Shown: positions 1-8,139, counted from the first letter of the stretch. The stretch: 29,524 nucleotides of DNA from Chthonomonadales bacterium (GCA_038217285.1 JBBQPO010000040.1:1-29524), one strand, 5' to 3'. Translations and numbers: made by a program. The notes: generated by a model not told the origin, from the letters alone.

Positions 1-1465
1 CGATGCCACACTGCATCTGATCGAAGGCGAACAGTGCTTTGAGACGCCGTTCTATAGCAGTTTCACCGTTATCAATGTGACCGCTTCGCACGTCACGCAA
101 CCCATCGAGATCGCGGATATTGCAGCGGTGTTCGTCTCATATCCGGTGACCAATCGAGGCGCGTTCTCATGCAGCGACAGCCATCTTGATCGCCTGTGGG
201 AAGCGTCGCGCTGGGCAACACAACTCTGCATGCAGGATCACTATCTCGACTCGCCCGATCATCAGGAGCCGATCTGCGATCCCGGCGACTATATGATTGA
301 GGCGCTGCTGAATGCCTACGCCTTCCGAGAGCCTGCTCTCACAAGGCAAGAGTTACGGAAGTTCGGAGCGCTCCTCGCAACCAACCACTACATCAACGTC
401 CATACCAGCTACTCCCTGCTCTGGCTTCAGATGCTGCTGGACTACTACGACACTACGGGAGATGTCGCGCTGGTGCGGGAGCTAGCGCCGCAGGTGTTCG
501 GCCTGCTCGACCGGTTTGCGACGTGGCGCGGCAAGAACGGCCTGGTCTCGGAAGCGCCCGACTATATGTTCATGGACTGGGTGAATATCGCTGGGATCGC
601 CTGTCATCATCCCCCGGCCGTGATCGGACAGGGCTATCTCACAGCCTTTTACTACCGGGCTCTGGCAGACGCGGTCCGGGTGGCCGACCTCACGGGGGAC
701 AGCGGCAGGTCCGCCATCTTCCAGGCTCGCCGCCCGCCGGTAGCAGCGGCCTTTCAACGCGAGCTCTGGAACCCGTCAAAAGGCCTCTATCGCGATGGAA
801 AGCCGTTCCAGACCACGGTCAAGCCGGGGCCGTGGCTTCCGGCCGACACCGACATCGAAACGTTCAGCCCCCACGTCAATGTGCTCGCCGTGCTGTACGA
901 CCTCGCGCCCAAAGAGCAGCAGACAGCCATTCTCAACCGCGTCATGGCGCAGCGCCCCCTGAACTGCCAGCCCTATTTTTATCACTTCGTTTTCAATGCG
1001 ATGGATCACTGCGGGCTGTTCGACGCCTATGCGACCGGCGAGATGAAACGCTGGGAGGTCAACCCGGAGACCTCCACCTCTCGGGAGATGTGGGAGACGG
1101 GCGACTGGAGCCATGCCTGGGGCGGCACTCCGCTCTACCAGTTGTCGTCCAAAGTGCTGGGAGTGACGCCGGAGACGCCGGGGTTCGCACGCATCACCAT
1201 CCGTCCGACTCTCTGTGATCTCTGGTGGGCGAAAGGTCTGGTTCCGACTCCGCATGGCACCATAGCAGTCTCCTGGCAGCGCACCGAAACCGGAATGCAG
1301 TTGGATGTGACGGTGCCGCCAGGCACAGAGGCGAACATCATCCTGCCTCTCGACCGCTTCCACAACCCTACCGCGACCCTGCAAAAAGCGGGCAGGGCCC
1401 AAACCCTACCCGCCTCCGGCTCCCTGCGCGTTCGCAGCGGCCAGTACCACTTCATCGTGCAGTAA
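1..1465 (+). CDS. Alpha-L-rhamnosidase-like glycoside hydrolase (GH78 six-hairpin domain plus C-terminal domain), 5'-truncated
   Basis: The frame is open from position 2 (DATLHLIEGEQCFETPFYSSF...), so the gene starts before the window. GH78-like motifs: GAFSCSDSHLDRLWEAS, YLDSPDHQEP, FMDW, REMW...SHAWGGTP, LGVTPETPGFARITIRP, GLVPTPHGTIAVSW. Confidence 0.8.
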   Translation, partial: DATLHLIEGEQCFETPFYSSFTVINVTASHVTQPIEIADIAAVFVSYPVTNRGAFSCSDSHLDRLWEASRWATQLCMQDHYLDSPDHQEPICDPGDYMIEALLNAYAFREPALTRQELRKFGALLATNHYINVHTSYSLLWLQMLLDYYDTTGDVALVRELAPQVFGLLDRFATWRGKNGLVSEAPDYMFMDWVNIAGIACHHPPAVIGQGYLTAFYYRALADAVRVADLTGDSGRSAIFQARRPPVAAAFQRELWNPSKGLYRDGKPFQTTVKPGPWLPADTDIETFSPHVNVLAVLYDLAPKEQQTAILNRVMAQRPLNCQPYFYHFVFNAMDHCGLFDAYATGEMKRWEVNPETSTSREMWETGDWSHAWGGTPLYQLSSKVLGVTPETPGFARITIRPTLCDLWWAKGLVPTPHGTIAVSWQRTETGMQLDVTVPPGTEANIILPLDRFHNPTATLQKAGRAQTLPASGSLRVRSGQYHFIVQ

Positions 1466-1792
1466 TTTTTCGATTTCCGAAAACTACTTGCCCAGTTCTG
1501 TCGTCTTCTCCTGCTCGTCTGAAAGGCGCGGCACAATGGCAGCGTCCTCGTGAGGAGAGACATTTCTTTTTGGAACAGGGAGATTGTGCGGAACTTCCTG
1601 ACTGCAGGCGGTGTTTCGGTTCCTACACCACGTTGCGCGAGGAGGGATTTCGCAGTACCAGCGCGAACTACCCGTTTGCCTAGCAATTCAACGCAGGTGA
1701 CTGTACACCGACATTACGCGACGAACCCACACGCTCTCCTGACGATAGTCGGTGGGTAGCAAAGTCGCCTCACACCGGAAGGAAAATCCCCA

Positions 1793-2113
1793 ATGAAACG
1801 TAATTTGATCGCTCTGTTCGCTGTCGCCGCTCTCGGACTCTCCACGCTCGCTGTCAACCCCGCCTACGCTCAGGACAAAATGGGTGGTAAAATGGGCGGC
1901 GACAAGATGGCCGGGCATGGTAAAATGGCCGATCACGGCAAAATGCACAAGGGCAGTAAGATGGCTGGGCACGGTAAGATGGCCGCTCACGGCAAAATGC
2001 ACAAGGGCGGTAAGATGACCGGTCACGGCAAAATGGACAAGGGCGGCAAGATGGGCAAGATGGATGGCAAGATGGACAAGGGCGGCAAGATGGATAAGGG
2101 CGGCAAGATGTAG
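1793..2113 (+). CDS. Secreted Met/Lys/Gly/His-rich repeat protein (similar to pentapeptide MXKDX-repeat proteins)
   Basis: RBS-like GGAAGGA upstream. 26-aa Sec signal peptide ending AYA. The 80-aa mature part is made of xxxGKM-type units, with 15 Met (each preceded by Lys) and 7 His. Confidence 0.85.
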   Translation: MKRNLIALFAVAALGLSTLAVNPAYAQDKMGGKMGGDKMAGHGKMADHGKMHKGSKMAGHGKMAAHGKMHKGGKMTGHGKMDKGGKMGKMDGKMDKGGKMDKGGKM

Positions 2114-2134
2114 TTGCTCTGAGATGCGTTGACC

Positions 2135-2177
2135 CCGGATCGTGAGGGCCTGCACGATCGAGGCCCTCGCGATCCGG
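2135..2177 (+). terminator. Strong hairpin after the Met-rich gene (terminator or mRNA-stabilising stem)
   Basis: CCGGATCGTGAGGGCCT (2135-2151) pairs with AGGCCCTCGCGATCCGG (2161-2177): 17 bp with one G-U pair. No clear U-tract follows. Confidence 0.5.
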
Positions 2178-2357
2178 ACGCGCTTCGTTGCAACATCACG
2201 GACGCTCGACTGTCTGACCCTCCGGGAAAGTCTGTCGGGCGTCTGTTCCTGCGTCCGCTCGGACGCCCAGCCTTCCTCTTCCGGACGAGTCAAGAGCGAA
2301 CCGCTTTCTCCTCTGCCTCGTCAATACCTGAGAATCTAACTCAAAAGGAGTCTTCCG

Positions 2358-3185
2358 ATGTCATTGGTTCGAATGGCGCGGCCTGTCGTTACGGCGATCG
2401 CTGCGTTTGCACTCTTCGCGTTGGTCGGTTCGACCGCGCACGCGTTTCCGAAGTTCGCCAAAAAAGAGAACGTCTCTTGCGGCTACTGCCATACGTCGGA
2501 AGGCGGCGGCGGTGCGCGTAACTTCCGGGGCAGCTACTACAAGGCACACAAATTGTCATTCGCTGAATTCGATGAGACTTTCGAGTCGAAAGCGGCCGGC
2601 GTCGATGCGAACAGCAAAGGCGAGTCCTCGGTCGCAAAAACCCCCGGCTATCCCAACGTCAAGTTGCCTGCCGTTCTCAACTTCGTGGTGAAGGACATCG
2701 ACGGCAAGCCGGTCAACCTGGGCCGCTACGCAGGCAAAGTGGTCATGATCGTCAACGTCGCTTCCAAATGCGGGAATACCCCGCAGTATGCCCCGCTGGA
2801 AGCCCTCTACAAAAAGTACAAGTCGAAGGGACTGGTCATTCTGGGATTCCCTGCCAACGACTTCGGAATGCAGGAGCCGGGCACCGAAAAAGAGATCAAA
2901 GAGTTCTGCTCGTTGACCTATAAAGTCGATTTCCCGATGTTCTCCAAGATATCGGTCAAGCCGGGCGAGACGCAGGCTCCGCTCTACAAGTTCCTGACCG
3001 ACAAAGAGGCCAATCCGATGTTCTCCGCGCCGATCGAGTGGAACTTCGCCAAATTCCTCGTCAATCGCAAAGGCGAGATCATCGCCCGGATCGGGGCCCG
3101 CACCTCTCCTGACAAGCCGGAAGTCGTTGAGATGATCGAAAAGGCGCTGGCCGAAGAGACCCCCGAAAAGACCGCTCGCCGTTAA
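2358..3185 (+). CDS. Exported glutathione peroxidase-family (Cys-GPx) protein fused to an N-terminal heme c-binding (CxxCH) domain
   Basis: RBS AAGGAG. Signal peptide ending AHA. SCGYCH motif (CGYCH codons at 2478-2492). GPx motifs NVASKCGNTPQY, LGFPANDFGMQEPG, KEFC and IEWNFAKFLVNRKG. Confidence 0.88.
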   Translation: MSLVRMARPVVTAIAAFALFALVGSTAHAFPKFAKKENVSCGYCHTSEGGGGARNFRGSYYKAHKLSFAEFDETFESKAAGVDANSKGESSVAKTPGYPNVKLPAVLNFVVKDIDGKPVNLGRYAGKVVMIVNVASKCGNTPQYAPLEALYKKYKSKGLVILGFPANDFGMQEPGTEKEIKEFCSLTYKVDFPMFSKISVKPGETQAPLYKFLTDKEANPMFSAPIEWNFAKFLVNRKGEIIARIGARTSPDKPEVVEMIEKALAEETPEKTARR

Positions 3186-3209
3186 GCGCCGTTTCGGCTC
3201 CCCGTGAGA

Positions 3210-3254
3210 ACAGATGGGCTGTGATGCAATTCACAGCCCGTCTGTGCGTTTTTT
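3210..3254 (+). terminator. Rho-independent terminator
   Basis: ACAGATGGGCTGTGA / TCACAGCCCGTCTGT 15-bp stem (one G-U pair), 6-nt loop, followed by GCGTTTTTT. Confidence 0.75.
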
Positions 3255-3259
3255 GGTTG

Positions 3260-3286
3260 TTGACAGGCTTCGAATGCGTTTATAAT
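3260..3286 (+). promoter_or_regulatory. Sigma70-like promoter candidate
   Basis: TTGACA (3260-3265) and TATAAT (3281-3286) are both consensus, but the spacer is only 15 nt. Confidence 0.45.
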
Positions 3287-3413
3287 GATAGTCAGGTGCA
3301 GCGCGGATCCAAACCGGAGACGTAGGGGTGCAAAATCTGCCATTATGCGGATGTTTTCTCCGGGGCGTTTCTATACAATATGAAAAGGCCCTATTTGAAG
3401 GAGTATATGAGCC

Positions 3414-3659
3414 ATGTCACAACAGAGGAACGACCTGAAGCCCTTACTATTATCCGCCGAAGAGGCGATGGGTCTGCTCGATCTGTGTCTAATGAGTCAG
3501 GCGGAGTTCGATGGGGAGAAAGAGCGCGCCCTGCTCAAGCTGTCCGCCCTGGTACGTCAGCATCTCGCGGCCGTCAACCTGAGTCCGGCGCGCCGCTCTG
3601 AATCGACGCTGTCTCTGGCAGGGCGCTTTCACGCATTGACAGCCCCTTCCAGCCTGTGA
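3414..3659 (+). CDS. Small hypothetical helical protein (81 aa)
   Basis: AAGGAG upstream (3398-3403). Amphipathic, Leu-rich, protein-like sequence (LLLSAEEAMGLLDLCLMS...ERALLKLSALVRQHL). No family recognised. Confidence 0.55.
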   Translation: MSQQRNDLKPLLLSAEEAMGLLDLCLMSQAEFDGEKERALLKLSALVRQHLAAVNLSPARRSESTLSLAGRFHALTAPSSL

Positions 3660-3679
3660 CGAATACAATCTGGGTTTCC

Positions 3680-3709
3680 TTGACCTGCTCGCTCTAATTC
3701 GGATATAAT
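3680..3709 (+). promoter_or_regulatory. Sigma70-like promoter for the CAP / NlpC-P60 genes
   Basis: TTGACC-N18-TATAAT about 100 nt upstream of the CAP gene. Confidence 0.55.
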
Positions 3710-3809
3710 TCACGCATCTGTGCGCTCCCTATGTCTGATCGGCTACGGAACGCCGTGAATTCAGCTCTCCTGTTTCCTATGGGCCTCCGATCAAGAGTGA
3801 GGTATCGTT

Positions 3810-4889
3810 GTGTTTTCCTTTTTTCGATCCGCTATCGTCACCTTCTGGCTGAGGATCTGTCTGCTGTTCCTGGCCAGCGGAATCTCGCTGATGGCGCCCT
3901 CCACGGCACAGGCTGCGGAGGCTATCGCCGTCACTCCCAAACCCTCCACTCCCGGACAGACCGTGACTTTGAAATGGTATTTTACCGGCACGAAGGTTGT
4001 CGTTTCCGGAGGCCGCTTCGGGAAGGGCGTCGAGGTGACCGGACGGACGACTCTGACCGATAGCCCCCAGAAAACCACGCGCTACACATTCGATGTCTGG
4101 TATCCCGACCCCAAAAGCACCGTAACACCGAAAGCCGTCATTCATGCACAGTATTCCGCGACTGCAGAAGTCGGCGAGGCTGTGAAGGAGCCGACCGAGG
4201 AGCAGATTGCTTATCAGGTGCTCGATCTGGTCAATAAGGAACGCACCGCCAATAAGCTGCCGCCCTTGCGCCTCCACCCGCAACTGCAGGCAGCATCGCA
4301 CTGGATGGCGCAGGATATGGCGACCAACGACTATCTGGATCATACCGACCATGAGGGACGAGAACTGGAGGGTCGGCTGGCCGCGTTTGAATACAAAGAT
4401 TACCAGGCTATCGGGGAGAATGTGGCTGCGGGGCAGGTGACAGCCGCGGAAGTCATGGAAGGCTGGATGCAGAGCCCCGGTCACCGCTCCAACATCCTCA
4501 GTCCGGACTTCTGTGAGATCGGCATCGGTCATCTGGTCAACAGTACCAGTAAGTTCCATCATTACTGGGCGCAGGCGTTCGGCAGGCAACTGGACAATTT
4601 CCCGGTGGTCATCAACTACGGCTGCAATCGCTGCTCCCGGCCCGACGTAAAACTCTACGTCTATGGGGAAGGCACGATGAAACAGATGCGCTTTAGCAAT
4701 GACGGGATCGCCTGGACCGCGTGGGAAGACTATCAGCCCAACCACGACTGGATCCTGCCCGCAGGCAACGGCAAGCATACCGTCTATGTCGAGCTTAAAG
4801 ACGGCAAGCACACCTTCCGTTCCACGGAGAACATCGAGCTTCTCCTCGCAAAGTCTCCTGCCTCCCCGCCTGCCGTAGCGCACAAATAG
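3810..4889 (+). CDS. Secreted CAP (SCP/Tpx-1/Ag5/PR-1) domain protein with flanking beta-sandwich domains
   Basis: Signal peptide (...APSTAQA). CAP motifs VLDLVNKER, HWMAQDMATNDYLDH, GENVAAG, GWMQSPGHRSNIL, EIGIG, YWAQAFG. C-terminal MRFSNDG...GKHTVYVELKD Ig-like module. Confidence 0.85.
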   Translation: MFSFFRSAIVTFWLRICLLFLASGISLMAPSTAQAAEAIAVTPKPSTPGQTVTLKWYFTGTKVVVSGGRFGKGVEVTGRTTLTDSPQKTTRYTFDVWYPDPKSTVTPKAVIHAQYSATAEVGEAVKEPTEEQIAYQVLDLVNKERTANKLPPLRLHPQLQAASHWMAQDMATNDYLDHTDHEGRELEGRLAAFEYKDYQAIGENVAAGQVTAAEVMEGWMQSPGHRSNILSPDFCEIGIGHLVNSTSKFHHYWAQAFGRQLDNFPVVINYGCNRCSRPDVKLYVYGEGTMKQMRFSNDGIAWTAWEDYQPNHDWILPAGNGKHTVYVELKDGKHTFRSTENIELLLAKSPASPPAVAHK

Positions 4890-4956
4890 ATTTCCCACCA
4901 CGATACGAGGACGGAACGGGTCCCTGGCCATTCCGTCCTCGTCTTGCAGGAGTTCC

Positions 4957-5868
4957 ATGGAAACCGTCATCGCTCTCTTTACCCATAACGTCGTGCCTCT
5001 GTATGCTGAGCCGAATGGTTCGAGCGAACAGGTCAGTCAGGGCATTTTTGGCGATATCGTGCAGGTGCTGGAGCAGCGTGATTCCTTCTTGAACGTCCGT
5101 ACGGCCGACACTTATACAGGCTGGGTCCGGGCGCTGCATCTGCGCCTTCTACAACCCGGCATTTCGTTCCCAGATATGGCGGAGAGGTATCCGGGCGCCT
5201 GGACCGCTATGGTTGGACACGCGCTGGCGGATGTTTGGGAGGCGCCGGACAGAAGCCGTTTGCGAACGAAATTAGTATGGGGAAGTTGGGTCACGGTACT
5301 GGAGACAGCGCTGTTTCGCACCGGCAGCTATGCGGTCGTGTTGCTTCCCGACAGCGGATGCGACTCGCCCGCCGACCTGCCTTTCTCCATCGGGTTTATG
5401 CTCTCAGAGGCGATTGATCGGCCCTCCCAACCGGAAGATTTCCAAGGGGAGACGGCGTGTGAACTGGCGCACCGGTTTATCGGGACGCCCTATCTGTGGG
5501 GCGGTGGGACGCCGTTCGGCTTCGACTGCTCGGGCTTCGTGCAGCGTATCTATTCCGTGCTCGGTATTACCCTGCCGCGAGACGCCTATCTGCAGGCGGA
5601 ATCATCGCTGGGCCGATTTCGTGAGCCAGGCAAGCCGTGGAAGGCGGGGGATCTGGTCTTCTTCGGGGGCCCGAGCGATCCGCGCCATCGGGGCATCACG
5701 CATGTCGGCATGGCGCTCGACAACCATTCTTTCATTCACGCTGTCGGCAAAACCGGCGTGACACTCTCCGCCTTCGACGACCCGGAAGTCCGCGAGGCCC
5801 ACACCTATCAGGGTTCGTGGCGATATACTCGCCCACGGGCAAAAGCCGTACAGGGCCAGCGCATTTAA
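4957..5868 (+). CDS. SH3-like plus NlpC/P60 (C40) peptidoglycan peptidase, YkfC-like
   Basis: FIGTPYLWGG, GFDCSGFVQ (catalytic Cys), GDLVFF, THVGM and FIHA (His). N-terminal SEQVSQ...YTGWV SH3-like segment. No signal peptide. RBS AGGAG. Confidence 0.88.
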   Translation: METVIALFTHNVVPLYAEPNGSSEQVSQGIFGDIVQVLEQRDSFLNVRTADTYTGWVRALHLRLLQPGISFPDMAERYPGAWTAMVGHALADVWEAPDRSRLRTKLVWGSWVTVLETALFRTGSYAVVLLPDSGCDSPADLPFSIGFMLSEAIDRPSQPEDFQGETACELAHRFIGTPYLWGGGTPFGFDCSGFVQRIYSVLGITLPRDAYLQAESSLGRFREPGKPWKAGDLVFFGGPSDPRHRGITHVGMALDNHSFIHAVGKTGVTLSAFDDPEVREAHTYQGSWRYTRPRAKAVQGQRI

Positions 5869-6014
5869 TTTTTCGCATCTCATGAGATCAAGGCTGGGCT
5901 CCGATGAGTGATTTCTCGCGAGACTCGGGGAACTGTGTAATCCGACTTTTTGAGATCAACAGGGCAGGTCTAGCGACCAATGTTACTTGTTGATACTCGC
6001 TGAATCGAATTTAG

Positions 6015-6042
6015 ATGCGCCAGCCCTGCAGGGCTGGCGCAT
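6015..6042. terminator. Perfect 28-bp palindrome between convergent genes (probable bidirectional terminator-like hairpin)
   Basis: ATGCGCCAGCCCTGCAGGGCTGGCGCAT is identical to its reverse complement. Confidence 0.55.
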
Positions 6043-6077
6043 TGAGAGTTACAAACGCATGACAACTTCATCGCCCA

Positions 6078-6854
6078 CTACACATGCGTATTTGGGACAA
6101 TTGGCTGGTACAACTCAGTCGCGAAGGGGGTAAAACCAGCAGGCCAGCGCATTGTCATATTGCATAACAAGCGAAACTGGCTGGGAGCAGGAGCAGGGTT
6201 CACGCGTTCCACAGCGACAGTTACAGCATCCGTCAGGGGTAGATTTTCTGGATGTACTAACTGAAAAACGTCATCATTGAGGTAGCGAGGACAAAATCCT
6301 ACATTATAGACGTCGCCCGGCTCCTGTTCACTTGTACGCAATAGAAGCGCTTTTGGATCGTGCGCATTCTGAAAGTCATGCATGAGCAGTAATCGCTCGC
6401 CAGAACGCAGGTTCGCCGCGCGTTCCAAAGAACATGCTGGCATATGCCGCAGGCCATGCGCGAAAAAGTGAATGTGATACTCCCCTTTGCTATCCGGTGC
6501 GGGGCACGGAAAAACTTCAAGCGTATCTGTGGCCCGTTGACCCCCACTGCGTGCAAGCAGTGCGATGGGATCGTCCTCATGTTCAGCGACACTTAGCCAT
6601 TCGGTATATTCGGCATAATCCGGGCGTGAAGGCGGCATCAGGCGATTTGCGAACAGAGGAAAAAGTTCCGTAGAAACGTACGTTGCGGTAAGATTTGGGA
6701 ACGATAAAAACGGACAGAACCCGGCTTTCTCCGATGCTTCCTGAGCACCTTTTAAGTAGACAAATTGATATTCGTCTTCAACGAGATCCAGCCGCCCTAC
6801 CGGATACCAGGAACGCAGATGAGGATCGCGCCAAGTTAAGAATAATGCTTTCAT
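6078..6854 (-). CDS. HIRAN-domain protein with an N-terminal HipA-N/HipS-like region (putative antitoxin or sensor)
   Basis: WYPVGRL...YQFVY, LFPLFANRLMPPSRPDY and LARSGGQRATDTLEVF, followed by HIRAN-like FFAHGLRH...LLLMHDFQNAHDPKALLL...VGFCPRYL. ATGA overlap with the upstream kinase gene. Confidence 0.75.
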   Translation of the reverse strand: MKALFLTWRDPHLRSWYPVGRLDLVEDEYQFVYLKGAQEASEKAGFCPFLSFPNLTATYVSTELFPLFANRLMPPSRPDYAEYTEWLSVAEHEDDPIALLARSGGQRATDTLEVFPCPAPDSKGEYHIHFFAHGLRHMPACSLERAANLRSGERLLLMHDFQNAHDPKALLLRTSEQEPGDVYNVGFCPRYLNDDVFQLVHPENLPLTDAVTVAVERVNPAPAPSQFRLLCNMTMRWPAGFTPFATELYQPIVPNTHV

Positions 6855-7789
6855 TTAAGCTCCTCACCCAGGGCCAACAACCTAACCCGGTTAATATTCA
6901 GAATCTTTCGGGCAAAGTCAGCGGCGGGTTGTGTAATACGGTTTTCAGGTATCTGTTGAAAAGGCGCGACCATCTCGTCGGAAGTAATGCTTGCTAATCG
7001 TTCGAGCCATACGGAAGCAGCGCCTGGACTGCGTTGAGCCGCAAGGCGAAAGGCTTCTACCGTTTTTAGAGGTTTGTTGTCTTCCTGATTGAGATATAGT
7101 GCTGATGTCGCCTTCTTCGTATAGGCTTCGACGGTGTGGCCTTGATCTTTTGTATTCAAACGTTTCTGACGTTCACTGTCCAGCAGATGGCATCCCAGAC
7201 TCGACGCATGGTCATAAGTCGGCGCGAGGTAGCGCTGCGGAATGGGATTCAGCGGGCTTCCTGTGCGCTCTATTATCCCCCAGTTCTCATGGTGGCGATC
7301 CGTATTGCCAATCCAAGCATCCAATAACAAATAGCCTATAAAGAGGTCTTGTGCGGTTTCAATCCCAGGTAAAGGTATCCAGTCCGGCACTAAGCCTGCG
7401 CCACTCATCTGAATGTTACGCATCACAATGTCAAGGGTATGTTGCGACGTTCTGAAGTTAGAGACAACTCCCGGCGCAGGATAGTTTCTCACCTGAGCTA
7501 CGAGAAGTTCATTCCCAAGAATAAGCGATGTTCCCTGCGGTACAAAATTAGGCGTGATGGTACCTTTCTTGCCATCACAGACCGCAAGCTCATACCGAGC
7601 ACACGGTAAGCCCAGTTGCAAAGCCATTTGCTCTGCGATTTTTTCCGACCAGTCTTCTCCCGTGTTAGGACGAGCCGCTTTCCAAAGGCTACGCTCCAAC
7701 GCACCATTATGAAACCAAAACTTTTCTTTCGTTCCTAGATATTCTACGTCCTCGGCGGAACTTTCATTAACAGGCGTTACTGAGAACAT
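6851..7789 (-). CDS. HipA-like Ser/Thr kinase (HipA_C / CtkA-like)
   Basis: LGTKEKFWF, LWKAARPNTGEDWSEKIA, catalytic loop LLDAWIGNTDRHHENWG and Mg-binding LAPTYDHASSLG. Start re-placed at the ATG at 7789 (MFSVTPV...). Confidence 0.85.
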   Translation of the reverse strand: MFSVTPVNESSAEDVEYLGTKEKFWFHNGALERSLWKAARPNTGEDWSEKIAEQMALQLGLPCARYELAVCDGKKGTITPNFVPQGTSLILGNELLVAQVRNYPAPGVVSNFRTSQHTLDIVMRNIQMSGAGLVPDWIPLPGIETAQDLFIGYLLLDAWIGNTDRHHENWGIIERTGSPLNPIPQRYLAPTYDHASSLGCHLLDSERQKRLNTKDQGHTVEAYTKKATSALYLNQEDNKPLKTVEAFRLAAQRSPGAASVWLERLASITSDEMVAPFQQIPENRITQPAADFARKILNINRVRLLALGEELK

Positions 7790-8037
7790 TTCGTGTGACC
7801 TAAGGGAGCAATCGAGGAAATTAGGATAGGATATGGAAGGTAAGGACAAGGTACAGGGAGAGGCGTTAGGACATGCTGTGCTCGGAGTCGTTAATTCGTC
7901 ATCGCGTCTACAACTGATTTCGGGCGGAGCCAGGCCCTCCACCAAATTCCCCTTTGCATCCTGTCCCCACAGTTGAAATTGTACCCTTAAATTAAATATA
8001 TCCGTGCTGGTCCCACCACAAAAGCCGCCGCGAAAGT

Positions 8038-8067
8038 TTGACAGAAGGGGAGTGGCTCTGGTATCAT
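8038..8067 (+). promoter_or_regulatory. Sigma70 promoter with extended -10
   Basis: TTGACA (8038-8043), an 18-nt spacer ending TGG, and TATCAT (8062-8067). Confidence 0.6.
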
Positions 8068-8139
8068 AGCATGTTGTCTGTCTTGTTGACAGATCCGCCC
8101 ATTCTACCATTTCCGAGAATTCCTCCGAAGGAGTGTCCG

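Noticed and set aside
1466-1792. Possible riboswitch or ncRNA in the long intergenic region
   Set aside because: Only short stems were seen and no riboswitch consensus was recognised. An Rfam scan would be needed.
2769-2771. Possible selenocysteine GPx
   Set aside because: The catalytic codon is TGC (Cys), not TGA.
3380-3601. Alternative-frame 73-aa ORF
   Set aside because: It overlaps the more protein-like 3414-3659 ORF and has the Arg/Gly/Ser-rich composition of an off-frame reading. It is not fully excluded, because the ATG at 3407 is also near the RBS.
5869-8037. Calling the kinase-HIRAN cassette a mobile element
   Set aside because: No integrase, transposase, att sites or flanking direct repeats were found. 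Only composition suggests horizontal origin.
7790-8110. 107-aa N-terminal extension of the HipA-like kinase
   Set aside because: It is not protein-like and overlaps the divergent promoter at 8038-8067. Kinase motifs start just after Met 7789.
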